Notes: a model not told the origin generated them from the sequence alone. A DNA stretch of 64,000 nucleotides from Kudoa neothunni (GCA_964304625.1 OZ199839.1:3071223-3135222), one strand, 5' to 3'; positions 26,176-39,650 are shown, numbered from the stretch's first letter. Translations and numbers: made by a program.

Positions 26176-27803
26176 TAATTAATATGACATTATCTTTTTT
26201 TCTCACTTAAACAGAATTATTATTTTTTGGTAAAGTTTAAAATATATAATAAACGTAAATTCAAATCATTTTCTACTATTTAAGTTTATAATTCCTATAT
26301 ATTATGCTTTCTAAATTGAATATATTTACTGTTGATAAATAACACTTCTATTTTAAACTTTTATTAAATATTAAGACTTATAATTTATGAATAAATAGTA
26401 GAATTTCCTTCCAGCAATTGTTGCCAGCAAGAATACTCATACTTTGGTTATTACACCTCCCAATTGATTTTAAATTATTTACGTTAGCTGTTGAGATTAT
26501 CAATATTATTTATTAATATTGTTTTTAGTTCTCCTGAAACTTTTTATATGTGTATCAAAAGGCCAATTTAATCCATACGTGACCTCATTACCTCTTCGTG
26601 CTGTATGTTGCCCTATGACAACATTTAAATTGGCGGGATTTCTAATTATGTACTTATAAAGTTTTAACGCAAGTTTTTATTTTTGTAGAAATAAATATTT
26701 TTTTATTCTAAAAAGAATATTCTCAATGTGTGATTTTCAGTCATTAATGGATTAAACGTTTATTGAAAAAATGTGATACTCAAAATTGTCAGATTATGAT
26801 TGTTAGTTTGTAAAAAATATCAAAAAGAAAAGTCAAGAGATTATTAATATTGGATAACAATAACTTCCGAATATGAGAGGATTTAAGAATTAAATACTTT
26901 TTATGTAATTTATTTCCTAGCATAAAAAAAATTATTAGAAGATAATAGTCCTTATCTAATCCGAACGAATTAAAATTAAACGCGTTAATCTTTAAACACC
27001 ATAGAAAATATCCAACACAAAATATTATGTATGACGGAATACTTTACTTATAGAAAAATTTAAATATCTTTGTATATTATTAAAATATTCAAAAAATTAA
27101 ATAAAATATATTTGATAATATTTATCCAGAATGAGTTGATTTTTTGATAAATTACGAACAAATAACTACTTACGATAGTTCCTCCATTTATTTAGCTGAA
27201 TTCCATCAAATTGAGGGTTGCCGTACAACGATTTTCGTTATGAATTGTATCATAGCGTACCTCAATTAGTTCATTCACAAAAATTAGTTTCCAGACTAAT
27301 TGTAAAACAGCCTATAAAATAAATTAAGACGAAAAGATTTACCATCATTAAAGATAACTATTTTTACGCTGAAAACTCGTTATATTGAAATGCTTCTTCT
27401 TTATTTTACGGCAGAAGGATCCTAGAAAAACACCGAGTTTCAAAAATTGATTTATTCACTCATAAGTCGAATAACTTGGAGAATAAAATAGCCTAAATCG
27501 TAATTTAACGACAAGCTGAACTCTTCATGTGGGCGACATATTTCGAACTTATATAATTTACCGTTGTATAAACAAATTAATATAATTGTATATCTAAATT
27601 ATAAACGAATTAGTTTATATTAATATACAAGAGTATATAAGAGCAAATTAAACAAGTTATTCATTAGAAAAATATATTTATACTTGGTGGAATAAAACGC
27701 AAAATAACATAATATAATTACAAACAAACAATAACATCTTAAAAAACGATAACTACTATTAATGAATACACTACACAAAACTAGTAATACCCGTTGGGGG
27801 GTA

Positions 27804-30449
27804 TCAAAAGTCTTTATCCCAGCCAGTGTTATCATCTGGTGGAATTTCATCATCTTTGAGGTAGGGAGCATTCTCGAGACTACTGATTTCGCTGAGAATG
27901 TTAGGATGATGAGGGGCAGGAAGTTCACGTTTTTGAAGTTTTTCCCAATTAAACCCATCAAACCATTTGTGTTTGCGAACCTCATTCCAACCCCCTTTTT
28001 GATGGCCGAGACGTTCGTTGGGGTTGACTTTACATAGTTTCTTGATAATAAGGGTGGCTACTCGGTTGACAAAATTAGGGAAAACCACATGATCAAGTCC
28101 TTTTAGGGCGGAATTATAGATTTTCATAGCATCGTCACCTCGAAATGGGGTATTTCCCATGAGCAGCTCGTAAATGAATATACCAAGTGACCAGTAGTCC
28201 ACTCCAAAATCATAACCTTTATTGAGGATAATCTCAGGAGCGATATATTCAGGTTCCCCCGTGAAAGTCCACGCTCTGCTTCCAGGGCCGAGTTTTTTGG
28301 CATTAACCAACTCGACCAGTTTAATATAACCATCAGAATCGATGTAAGTGTTGTCGGTCTTGAAATTTCTAAAGATGATATTGTTTTTGTGAAGATAGCT
28401 GAATCCTTCCACAATACAACCAGCATAGAATTTTGACGAATAATCATCCAACCGACCAGTTTTGTTCAACAACGAAAGCATATCACCACCAAGACAAGGC
28501 TCGAACAGCATATACACATATTTTCGGTCTTTGTAGGTGCGGTAAAGTTTGATCACAAAATGACAATCACATTTCGACAACACTTTCTTTTCGTGGATTA
28601 CTTTATCTTGTAGGTTGGCATCATGAACAGTGCGTTTTTTTATTTGTTTCAGTAGGTACATTTGTTTGGAGTCGTTTTTCAGCGCCACAAGATCCACCCT
28701 CGAGAATTGATCATTATTTCTAGTCATGATAACTCTTAAATCGTCAATTTTAATTCGCGATAAATCCACCCCATTAATGTTGATTTGTTGAGCACTTGGG
28801 GTACGACGATGAGTTCCTATAGGTCGCGGGGTCAATCTTCCAACATCTGCACTCTTAACAGTATCACAAGAGGAAGCAATATTGGAGGGGTATTCGGGTA
28901 CGTGTCTCAGATGAGGTCCAGTTGGGGTGAGATTTTCCACTTCCTGTTGTTCGTCTTCCTCGTTGATCAGCAGTGAAAAGTCATCGCTTTCAATTGCCAA
29001 CACCACACATCCACTCTCACCAGCGATAGCATCAAACGATCGACGCTCTTCATTCAAAAGGGCTTTTTCACCGAAATAGGAGCCACGTCCCAACTGTTTG
29101 AGTAGCACTGGTTTCTCAGCACTTTTATTGGGTTTTTTGTAGATCAACACCGACCCAGTTTTCACAATAAAGAACACTTTACCAATTTCACCCTTTTTAA
29201 AGATGCATTCCGACTTGCTATAAGTCAACTCCTGGACTATATTGATTACGCTCAATAACGAATTTTCTGATAGCTGCGAGAGTATTGGTACATTGCGTAG
29301 CAGCTCCACGTATTCGTTCTTCAGTTTGAAATGGGATTTTAGCATGATATTTTGGAAGACATCCTGCTTCAAACACCACACTTTACAATCAGCAGAAACC
29401 GCCTTACACGATGCAGTACGTAGACACCGGTACAGCACAGATGCTTCACCAGTCATACTACCATGAGTTATCTGACCAAGGTCTACATCGCGCCGTTGAA
29501 TCTGGAACACACCTTGTTGGATGATAAACAAACATTCTCCTGACTCTCCTTCTTTATACAGATATTCACCTTCTCCCACTGGAAACAGGAAACAACAGTC
29601 AACCAACTCCTTGTATTGATTTTTGTCTAATCGTGAGAAAAATTCGTTCTTCTTCAGCACACCGTTGATAAATTCTTTATCATCATTTGATTTGGAATAG
29701 TGAACTATTCCAGTTGAGAACATATCAGCTTGACCTGGTTTGGTTTCAATGGCCACATTCTGAAGACGTCTGTTCATCTGTTTTTTTATCTCATTTTGAC
29801 GAAGATCTCTCATTGCAATTTTCAAACGTTCGTTTTCCTCTTGCAAATAACTAATCTCCTCACGCAATTTGTAGTTTTCATTGGTCACTCGGTCCAACTC
29901 CACTTGGATAAGCTTCAGACGTTGTTCTTTGCTGGGGGTGCCATGTTTTTTGATTTTAGGATCAACTAAAAGATGCTTGAGATGGTTGGTTTTACGAGTG
30001 TCATGCCATGTTTCATTTGGATTGATTGCAGAAGAAGCTCCATGTTTGAGACTGTTGGTGTCGGACGAGTTGGTGAAGGTGTAAGTGCACGTAGTGTGGC
30101 CACTACCTAACATTACATCCCTCGATTCACAAGATGATTTTTTCTCCATTTCGTTGATTTGAGCTCCAGAGAACGAAGTCACCATCTTCGGCGGACCTTT
30201 CTTTTCGTTGGGTGTCAGTGACAACTCCTGGAACGATTTGTCATACGCGTCATCAAATTCTTTTTGTAGAGGTTCTTCCAATTCAACTGGTTCAACTGTA
30301 AAAAGTGGTATTTTTGAAGCATCGCATGGTGCTGGAAGTTGATTCATCGACTGAGATGGCAGCGTCGACGGATGTTGTTTCTTAGAAGCTGGGGTTCCAT
30401 TACATTTATCACCATGGTTTCCACTTAAAAAAAATCTGAACCTGGACAT
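27804..30449 (-). CDS. cGMP-dependent protein kinase-like protein, intronless CDS, predicted pseudokinase
   Basis: 881-aa ORF. Leucine zipper (LDRVTNENYKLREEISYLQEENERLKIAMRDL), two CNB domains (GEASVLYRCLRTA; FGEKALLNEERRS), AGC kinase fold (WTFxGxPEYIAPE, DYWSLGI), PKG C-tail PPDDNTGWDKDF. Catalytic motifs are degenerate (see findings). Confidence 0.95.
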   Translation of the reverse strand: MSRFRFFLSGNHGDKCNGTPASKKQHPSTLPSQSMNQLPAPCDASKIPLFTVEPVELEEPLQKEFDDAYDKSFQELSLTPNEKKGPPKMVTSFSGAQINEMEKKSSCESRDVMLGSGHTTCTYTFTNSSDTNSLKHGASSAINPNETWHDTRKTNHLKHLLVDPKIKKHGTPSKEQRLKLIQVELDRVTNENYKLREEISYLQEENERLKIAMRDLRQNEIKKQMNRRLQNVAIETKPGQADMFSTGIVHYSKSNDDKEFINGVLKKNEFFSRLDKNQYKELVDCCFLFPVGEGEYLYKEGESGECLFIIQQGVFQIQRRDVDLGQITHGSMTGEASVLYRCLRTASCKAVSADCKVWCLKQDVFQNIMLKSHFKLKNEYVELLRNVPILSQLSENSLLSVINIVQELTYSKSECIFKKGEIGKVFFIVKTGSVLIYKKPNKSAEKPVLLKQLGRGSYFGEKALLNEERRSFDAIAGESGCVVLAIESDDFSLLINEEDEQQEVENLTPTGPHLRHVPEYPSNIASSCDTVKSADVGRLTPRPIGTHRRTPSAQQININGVDLSRIKIDDLRVIMTRNNDQFSRVDLVALKNDSKQMYLLKQIKKRTVHDANLQDKVIHEKKVLSKCDCHFVIKLYRTYKDRKYVYMLFEPCLGGDMLSLLNKTGRLDDYSSKFYAGCIVEGFSYLHKNNIIFRNFKTDNTYIDSDGYIKLVELVNAKKLGPGSRAWTFTGEPEYIAPEIILNKGYDFGVDYWSLGIFIYELLMGNTPFRGDDAMKIYNSALKGLDHVVFPNFVNRVATLIIKKLCKVNPNERLGHQKGGWNEVRKHKWFDGFNWEKLQKRELPAPHHPNILSEISSLENAPYLKDDEIPPDDNTGWDKDF

Positions 30450-33400
30450 CTTTCAACAACTAAAACAACAACATTAACGATACGGTAAATATTTAGCTAG
30501 GTGAAAATTTAGCTGTTATTGTGAAATCACAAACAGGCTTTATCTAATAAACGAATGGTTGTCGGATAACAAATAAAATTCAACTAAATCTATACATAGA
30601 AATGTATCATCACAACTCGATCAACAGCTTATTCGTTAAGCAGACCGAAAAGATTTAAAAACAACCAAATTTATTCAACAACAATTATGGATCGATTTAA
30701 TTTGATTAAACATTGAAATATGTCGACAACAAGAGTGCACTATCAATTTGATGCTGTCAACAAAAATAACGTTCAAATTGAAACTAATGGCCGATGTGAT
30801 AAAGGTATGTTAAATTTATTCAATCAATCAAGTGAGAAAATTTGTTTAATTTTATATCAAATGAAACATGTTAGAAGTAAACAAGGCTTACCTTTGTGAA
30901 TTGATAAAGTGGATGGAAAACGATAAAACAATAAAATAAACTGAAAACGATTTCGCTGCAAGGTAAATTCAAGAAGTATGACAGAGGATCCCTAAAACAT
31001 GCACAGATCAATAGACAATCTCACATAAATCTGAGAACCAACTTAACATCAGCTTGAGAAACAACCAGCCAACGTAATTCCTTGGTGACTTTCGCGTTAG
31101 CTTACGATCTTTGTATCATATATAAATTGATAGATTTGGACTGAGAAAATTCTGATTTATTACCAACCTAAAAATGATTCGTCAATCCATCATCATCTCA
31201 TTGATAACTTCAAAAAATCAACCTCACAGAAATTAAAAGGATAAGTATACAATTAATCGGCTTATCATTTCGATAAAGTATACCCATTCTCAATTGAGTT
31301 ACGATCTTAGTATATAAATGGAGAAAATATTATTTGAAACTTGGCACATGTTTTTCTACCAAAAATCCACCATCTATAACCTTTAAACCAAATGTTCTCA
31401 TGGGCAGCTTGATTATGTATTAATCCATTTTCGTATTTATTGAAAAAGCACAGAAATGTATTCCAATATTAGAAAATAAATATTTATAATTTAAAATCAA
31501 CAAAGTCAACACCTATTTTTAAATAGATCTGCTTCATTGATTTCAACTATAGATTACAATCCGTATACATTGATAATAATATTTTTAACACTCTTAATCT
31601 TATATATGATTGAGCTTTCCGATCTATGTGAGAACTTAAGTTATTCAATAATTGTGCGTATTTCGGCTCGTCTTATTGGCATCAAATTCTTCCTTAAATT
31701 ATTGTGAATAATTACGAAACATTATTTTTATTCAATATAATATTGACACACACCAAATGAATTGTATATTTAAATAGTGTATTAGCTTGCGATATCTCCC
31801 ACGTTCAACAGAGTATCAGTGCAATAATAACAAGGAGACTGGATTGATTTGGATTAATCTCAACTGTTCATTAGGAACATTCCTCATTTGTCAAAATGAA
31901 TGTTTATGTGTTAAACTAGATATTTTCATTTATCCATTCTATCATTAGTCAGTTATCCAGTTATTCACCTATCAGGCACAATAGAGGATTTTTGTGATTT
32001 CATTGCTTAAAATACGGTTAATATTGTTGCTCTTCGTTTTCCTATATAGCTTTTAATTTGTTCTCTGTGTAATTAATGCACTACAGCTGTCCACATTAAA
32101 AATTTTAGTAATAATTTTCAGTGCAGATCCAGCAAACGTTGGTATGTCTAAAGTCTTACGAAATCAACGAATCTTCAACAAATAAAGTGCTATATTTTTA
32201 TTTGTTAAAATGTTACGTGGGTGACGGGTAATACGTAATCCTTTCGAGACCGGGGGAAAAGTGCGTATTGCCTAACATGGTTGGTTAATTCGCAATTTTT
32301 GAGACGCTTGCGTATGTTCAAAATTCTACTATTCATTAATTATTATCGTAGTATTTTGCTTTAGAAAACAATAATTATTTTTAATTGTTTCTTACACCTC
32401 GTCTATATGGTAAATAGATCTTCTAACTTTAAGCGGATTTTTAGAAAGAAATAGAACCACTTTTTTGTTAAATAACCATTATTTATTTGAGGCATTTAAA
32501 TGGTTTTTGTGATTAGCTATTTCTTCATCAACAGTTTCTAAATATGATAAGCTAATGTCTCCGGAATAACTGGAGGAATTCTTTCATTTTTTCATCGTCT
32601 TTGCTTCGATATTCACAAACCCCAAAAGTGGCACTTGAATAATGTTTTAGTTATATGAGAATCGTCTTGCTAAACTAAACCGAAGAATCTAGCTCTCCCC
32701 TTTTAATATTTTCTATACAGAGAATCACATCGAAATGAAATCGTAATTTTGTCATAGTTAAAAATCAACTCCATCTCGAGCAGGCACATGCCATGAGTAT
32801 TTGCTTTGAATAAGCACTCAATGGTTTTACTTCAGTATTAGATTACCACGAATTTCGAAGTTACCAAAAAAAATTCATGACTAAAAACTTTAGATATTGT
32901 TTAATTTAAATTTAAGAATTTTTCAAAAACTTAATTATTTTAAAATAAATAAATTAAATAAAACTACACGGGGCCTTTCTCTTGAATTCTATGTAAAAAT
33001 GTCGCTCCTTAATAATACAGCCACATAACCATTCTATTTTGTTGTATCAATTAGTTTGAAATGTTCTGGTAATTTGTATACTACTTTTTCTGTAATTGTA
33101 GAAGCTCTAGGATTGATCTACCATCAGCAATAACTTTTATTTCTTCTTCGTATGAAAACTTTAAATAAGTTTAACAGAGTCGTTACTATTCATGATTTAG
33201 ACGGCATCGTTACAGTAGACAACACAGAGATTAATTATCTACTCGGTAAATTGTAATGTTTCATGTTTATACAACAAAAATAATAAATTTTTTTATTAAT
33301 TTGAAATTAATCAACCAGCATAAAAATTGTCTAAACAAGCATGTAAAATTTTGATTTTTGAATAAAGAATTGAAAAGTCATGAGAAGCAGCGAAGATTCC

Positions 33401-33924
33401 ACCTCCAATGGCCAATAAACCTCCATATGTTAACCAGCGCATATGACACGTTAGTTTCGGGCACGTCTGTAGAATTAACTCTTCGTAGATAATCTTAGGC
33501 TTGACGAGCCCACCTGCGCATTAGCTTGGCGTTTTATCCTCGAATAAGTCATCATTTTAAACCGGAATTTCATGTAAATTTATATATTATGTTATCTAAA
33601 GATTCATATTATTAACGAAAAAATTTTTTCTCCTGATGTTAAATTGAGTTTTAACTAAAGTGGATTATTGTTATATCCTTTAATTCTGGTTTTATGCTCA
33701 ATTAATCTCTTACATGTGATTTCTTCTTGTAAAGATAGACGTTATTGTTTCGAATGATCTTTATCCATCCGACACTGAAAGCATCGCGTCTGATGAATTA
33801 AATAAAACTTTTAAAGATTTTAATGAGTTTGACGAAGATTTCTACTTGATTCAATTATTATGTATCTCTTTCTATTTATTAGACCATTCACTGTTGATAC
33901 ATAATTATCTAATGTCTATATTAA

Positions 33925-36043
33925 CCTTTCAAGTAAAATGGAGTATTATTATACCCGAAGCCTATTTAGTATTTAATTTTTTACCTCAAATCTAAGAGTT
34001 AAACTTGTTATATTCCACCCAATCTTCTAATGTTTTATAATACATATTCTTCCTGATAAACATTTTTTTTTGTTTTGTAATATGAAATATAACGCAAAAA
34101 TACACTCCGAGTAAATTTAGGGGATTTTTACATTCCACATTTTTTTAGACTAAGTTGTTTTGAATAAAAAATAATATTCTTTCGATGAATTTGATACATT
34201 TTCGCCGACGAATTATTGTTTAAATCAACAAATATTACTGGGCATATTGCAATGCGCTTGCGCCAATAGGACATTGGTGAAATGATCTCAAAGTGAATAT
34301 GGCGTTAAATATCCTGATACTGATTCTTCAAAGATGGATTATTCCTTTATGCGTGATACGTCATCAGATAATTTGGAAGTTGAAATCAATACTCCGCCTG
34401 AATCGCTAAAGATAAGAATGGAACCTTATGGACAATTGAAAAACCCTCGACTTCTAGAACTGCAGCCGAAAATATTTTGACCAGTCGTACTGGTGTTTCA
34501 TCTTTAGTTTTACAAAATGTAAATGAAATTATTGATACATTTAAAGTGCCTTTTCGCCAGAAAATGTTTGATTTAATTTCAAAACATACCATTCAGTATG
34601 GCAACAATTTTTTTGGTGATTCTTGGAAGCTATTAGATACTGTAGAATTCGATGGATTCGTCAGGTGTTGATTGCTAATTGGATTATTTGACGATATTCA
34701 ACAGCCAGTCAAAGAATTGTTCTGGTTAGAAGAGGGAAGACAAGTTTATCGTGACCTATTTTCATTAAATGGATTCCGACAAATCAAGAGAGCTCTTCAT
34801 TTCGACTATTTGGAAACACGAGAGACAAGAAAAACATTAGATAAATTTTGCCACATTCGTGAACTCTGGGATATCTGGGTTGACTCGCTTATCCAGAGTT
34901 TTCGAGCTTTTGAGGATCTTCGCATCGACGAGCAACTTGAGGCTTTGAGAAGTCGATGTAAATTCAAACAATATATGCCAAAATAGCCTTCAAAATATGG
35001 CCTAAAGTTTTTTTAAATAACTGACCCAAAGTCAATTTTTTCACGTCTATTGAGTTAGCTGATGAGTTGTTACAAAAAAAACTTACGATTGTTGGAACGA
35101 TGCGTTCAAATAAGAGGGAGATACCGCCATATTTGAGACCAGATAGAACGGCTTCTATTCATTCATCTCTTTGTTTTTAATGAAAAAAAGTGATACTAAG
35201 ATATATTCTTTGTTTTTTCTCAACGAACACTCAATTATAAAAAGAAAAGCCATTTAAACCCGATGTCATAATGCATTATAATGCAGTAAAAGGCGGAGTT
35301 GATACAGTTTCCAGATTATTGGCAGCAATGAATGTCAGACGAGTAACTTGTCGTTGGCCGTTAATTACTTTCTTTAACATGGTTGATATCGGTTTGATTA
35401 ATGCGTTTTGTATATAAAAAAATTTATTCCCTTCTTCAAAATTACTCAGGAGGGAATTTTTGAAAATGATGATAACCCAATTGACGCGTTGACTGCTTTT
35501 GAGGCGGAAAAAAAATATGGCAGCTAATAAAGACTGCTCTGTTATATCTGTTATAATGGGACAAAGTAGTTGTGGGAGATATCGTTTTTGCGATAGGAAG
35601 TATGATTGAAAACCCAAAATAAAATGCGATTTGTGTGCTTCATCTTGCTGCAAATTCCATTTGAATCATGTTTGTTGTAATTGTTTTAACCGATAACTTT
35701 ATGTCAATGTTGTCTTATTATTAATGTTATTCTTTTGTTCTTATATTTAATAAAATAATTCTAATGTTACTTAAAAGCTTTCCTAAATTAGAAATTAGGA
35801 TTTTGTAAACGTATTGTCAATACACATCCACACCAGATGATAAATTTTGATTTTGTGCGTATGCGCTTTGCATACTTAGCTAGAAATGTAGGTCTATTAT
35901 TTCAAATTTAATCGATTAAAATTTTTCAAAGTTTACATAAATAATTATTTTTATATTCTAAATTGTTGGATCCACAAAAATATGGGGTATAAAAATACCC
36001 CAATTATACTCGGAGGGAGTAAATTTTCAAGTGACTTAGAAGG
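33925..36043 (+). mobile_element. Near full-length decayed piggyBac with transposase pseudogene
   Basis: TTAA|CCTTTCAAGT ... ACTTAGAAGG|TTAA. Remnants DKFCHIRELWD, LRIDEQLEALRSRCKFKQYMPK*PSKYGLK, YNAVKGGVDT, RWPLITFFNMVD and a C-terminal Cys-rich region, with stops and frameshifts. Confidence 0.93.
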
Positions 36044-36664
36044 TTAATGTAAAATTGCGAGTTATAATAAAATTACAATTAAGTATATACAAACAACAAT
36101 TAACATAAGAAGCTGATTATGATGTTGGAATAAGAATAGAAAATCTTATAGTGATTTTTCAGTTTTTATTCTAATTGAAGTTTATCCAGTTTTCTTTTAT
36201 ATAATATGCGAGTAAAAAAGAAATGAAAAAAGATCTATTCGAATCATATTTACTTTCATATTCGACATGCTATCTGATACTAAACTTGTTTTTTTACAAT
36301 TAACGGCGAATTTTAAAAATACTTAATTTTAGTTTAAAAGTGTATTAGTCTGAATTATTGTGTAAAATATGACATTCAATGATAAAACATCTTTGATGTG
36401 TTAATAAAGCCTGAAGACAGCTACCCGATTAATTCTTGAGCCCTAAAATGATTAAACTAATTCGACTGGGCTCTTGGAGTCCAGTTCAACCTTTACGTGA
36501 CTGTCCGATGATAGTATACAAAGGGTTGACATCAATATTACTCTTTCTGCATTCTTTGAAATTTCTCTACTTTGTTTATCTATTTTCCTAAAATTGTGTA
36601 CAGTATAGAATAATAAAATTATTGAAAAAAATAGTTATAATAATATTCCGAAAAAATTTGTTAT

Positions 36665-37769
36665 CTTCGGAAGTCCTGGGGCCAATTTGATCCCAAGTTT
36701 TTATTTTATGATTTTACTATAAAAATTATTTTAAACGTGAAGCAGATGTATTTTTCGAATTGTATGAACTCAATTTTTTATAAAATAATGATTAATAAAT
36801 CACTTAATCCACATTAATACCTTACTAATGATTTCAGATCCTGTTCTCGAATTATCATAATACAAAATGATATCTTACTTTAATTGTTTTGGTAGTTAAA
36901 TGAAAAACTATTCATTTCTCATGAAAAAAAGAAATTATATGAGTTTTTAAAATATTCGGCCCGAACTATCTAATTATTTAAACAGTTATTACATTTTTTC
37001 GATGAACCTTCCCAACATTCTGATAAGATGAATGGTTCTTCGCGATCCTTGTGCATAGCCATTAGAGAGGATACACAAATAACCGATAAAATCGGTAGAA
37101 TCATATGTATACAATTGTTCTTCAACAGATTTTCTCCAATAATTAATTAAATCAATTTCTTTTTACAGATAATTTTAGAACAAAATATAAAAAGGTCTAT
37201 AATGTTACGAATCCGTTGATACTAATGAGTGAAAGGACCAGAAGATAGGTTCAAAATTTTTTTAGTCGAAATGCTTTTAGTTCGAGATCCCAAGAAATTC
37301 CAGATTTGCTGACTTTCGAGTTTCTAATTACTCTTGGCTCCATTGATTCGCTTGAATCTTCTGATGATTCCAAAAAACAGTCGTCAGACACACTGTCTGG
37401 TTAATTTAGTTCATCACCGAATTTGCTATACTCACTCATCGATAGTTATTGAATTAGATTTGAAAATGGGATTACACTTTGTTTAAATTCAGGGAAAAAA
37501 CAGAAAAAGTATAATGTTCTTCATGAAAATAAAATAATTGTTTGTTTCAGTTATGCATTAAGTTTTTGTTTACAAAAAATTAAAATAAAGAGATTTTTAC
37601 AAGGGAAAAACCAACCTTATTATTTTAAACAAAAAATTAGTCATTAGATATCGAAAATATCAGAAAATTGAATTGGTAATAATTTTTGTAATTAATTTAC
37701 CAAGTAACAATCTGGGGTTAAATTGGCCCCAAGAGACCTCCGAGGATGGGTTTTAGCTATTTTAGAAGG
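36665..37769. mobile_element. piggyBac deletion derivative A
   Basis: Right end TTTAGAAGG|TTAA. Palindromes GGGGCCAATTTGATCCC (36678) and GGGGTTAAATTGGCCCC (37714). Left end degenerate. Acidic N-terminal-like remnant on the minus strand. Confidence 0.65.
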
Positions 37770-37773
37770 TTAA

Positions 37774-39650
37774 CCTTCTATGTAGCTGGAATTAACTCCC
37801 TCCAAATATAAGTGGCGTAGAAATCTATCTCTCGTTTTTATTTCATAAAATTGTTTCAAATGAAAGTCAGTCTTGACTGAAAAAGTACATGAAAAATTCA
37901 TAGGGTGAATTTTAAGGAAATGGTCAATTATCCAATTCGTAACACGAATTTCATGTTGCGCAGCATCATACACTGATAACATTTTTTGGAATACGATTGC
38001 ATTTACGATTTTATTTCTGTGTTTTTAATGAAATCAAGCAATACAAATAATTTAACCGCTGTCGACTTATTTACCTTATGCTAAACAACGAGATGTAATA
38101 TTGCGCAGAAAAACAAAAATGATAGTAAATTGTGATTATTCCATGAAAACAGTAGTTACATATTTTTATAATTCTCTCTACAACACAAAACTAAACAAAC
38201 TACGATTATTTCATAAAAAATATATCACATATTTTATTGAATACTTTTTATAGCATGAAACTAAGAAAACTGTTAAAAAGTCTGATAGCTTTAAATAATT
38301 AGTATAAGTGTGATCAGAATGTGAGGAGGTATCGCTATATTCAAGAGAGGATGGTGTGCTTATATCGATTTTGCGCATGCAGGGTAACATCACGGGTATT
38401 GTTTCAAGTAATTATTTATTCGATATTTACTTGATAGAATTTCGTGAAATTTTTAAAAATGACCTTTATCGTTATTTTAAGTAATCTTTTAAATAAAAAA
38501 TGTGGGCTAGATTTCTACCCCCATTTATTATTTGGGTGTTTTTACATTAAATTTTTTGATATATGACCAAAAAAATTTTCATTTTGTTTTCTGAAAGCTT
38601 TTATAGAGATAGATGGTTATAAAAACTTTATAGGAGTTATATTTCAATAACTATCTGAGTCGCACGAGAATTTACACCTTCGAAATAAAAATGGGTAAAA
38701 ATCTACCCTAGAATTTGTTTGACTAAAATTGTTTAAAATCTTAAGTTACATAATCTCGACTAGTTTTAATAAATTCTACCGATTAGATTTTGAGTAAATC
38801 AAGAAACATTATTATAAGCTATTCTCGCGCATGCGCGCCGTTTTTATATCTAGCGGTTTTTGCCGTACGCTTATGTCTCATCAACAACAAATCTCTCTCT
38901 TTTTACTTAAAAATGTCCACTTAATGTAAACGAATTTTTAAAGGTTTATCGCGCACAAATAAATGTAATCTTGATACAACAAATTAACAAAAATAACAAG
39001 AAAACGGCGTTAGTTCTTGAAAAATGTCCAACAAACATGTCAAGAATGTTGTTCACATCAAAACCCTAAAAAATATCTCATGTATGGACAATTTTTATGC
39101 TGTACACTTATTGATTGAAGAATGTCTGAAATGTATCGACCATCGATTTAATATTCTGTTTTATAAAATAGGCAGCACTGAAATGATTATATTATACAAA
39201 ATGTTATTAGTTGGTGTTTTAATGGATGATGGAGTCTCAGTCTCCCATAATGTTCCATTCTTGTCAATAAGACAATCGACTGGAAGATTTATATCAAACT
39301 CGCATTTATCTGAAAATCCTTTGTTAATAGGCCTTAACACGTGTCTGATGAGTGATGAGTCGAATCTGAGCAACTTTCGCTGTATTCGCATCGACTAATC
39401 TCACACAAAACGAGAGGAGAGCATGCGCACATGGGTCCTAATACTAGTGTTTCTTGATTCACTCAAAATCTAATCGATAGAATTGACTAATATTATTCAA
39501 AATTAAATATCTTTTTATTCCTTATAACTATACTATAAAAACCGTTACAAGATTAAACTGCATTTGGACCATGTATCTTTAATTTATTGGGTAAAAAAGG
39601 ACTTCAAACATTACGTGGGGTAGATTTCTACCCCATTTTACTTGGAGGGT
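37774..39650 (-). mobile_element. piggyBac deletion derivative B, sharing the TTAA at 37770-37773 with A
   Basis: TTAA|CCTTCTA at the left and GGGGTAGATTTCTACCCC...CTTGGAGGGT at the right. Remnant KNGTLWETETPSSIKTPTNNIL resembles the piggyBac N-terminal motif. Internal 37-bp inverted repeat 38772-38808 / 39448-39484. Confidence 0.7.

Noticed and set aside
33410-33540. Hammerhead-ribozyme-like string on the minus strand (...CTACGAAGAG...CCCGAAACTAACGTGTC)
   Set aside because: The core CUGANGA is absent and the stems do not pair convincingly. It remains an unexplained GC-richer patch.
39024-39398. 124-aa plus-strand ORF as a host gene
   Set aside because: It is antisense to a piggyBac N-terminal remnant inside a transposon.
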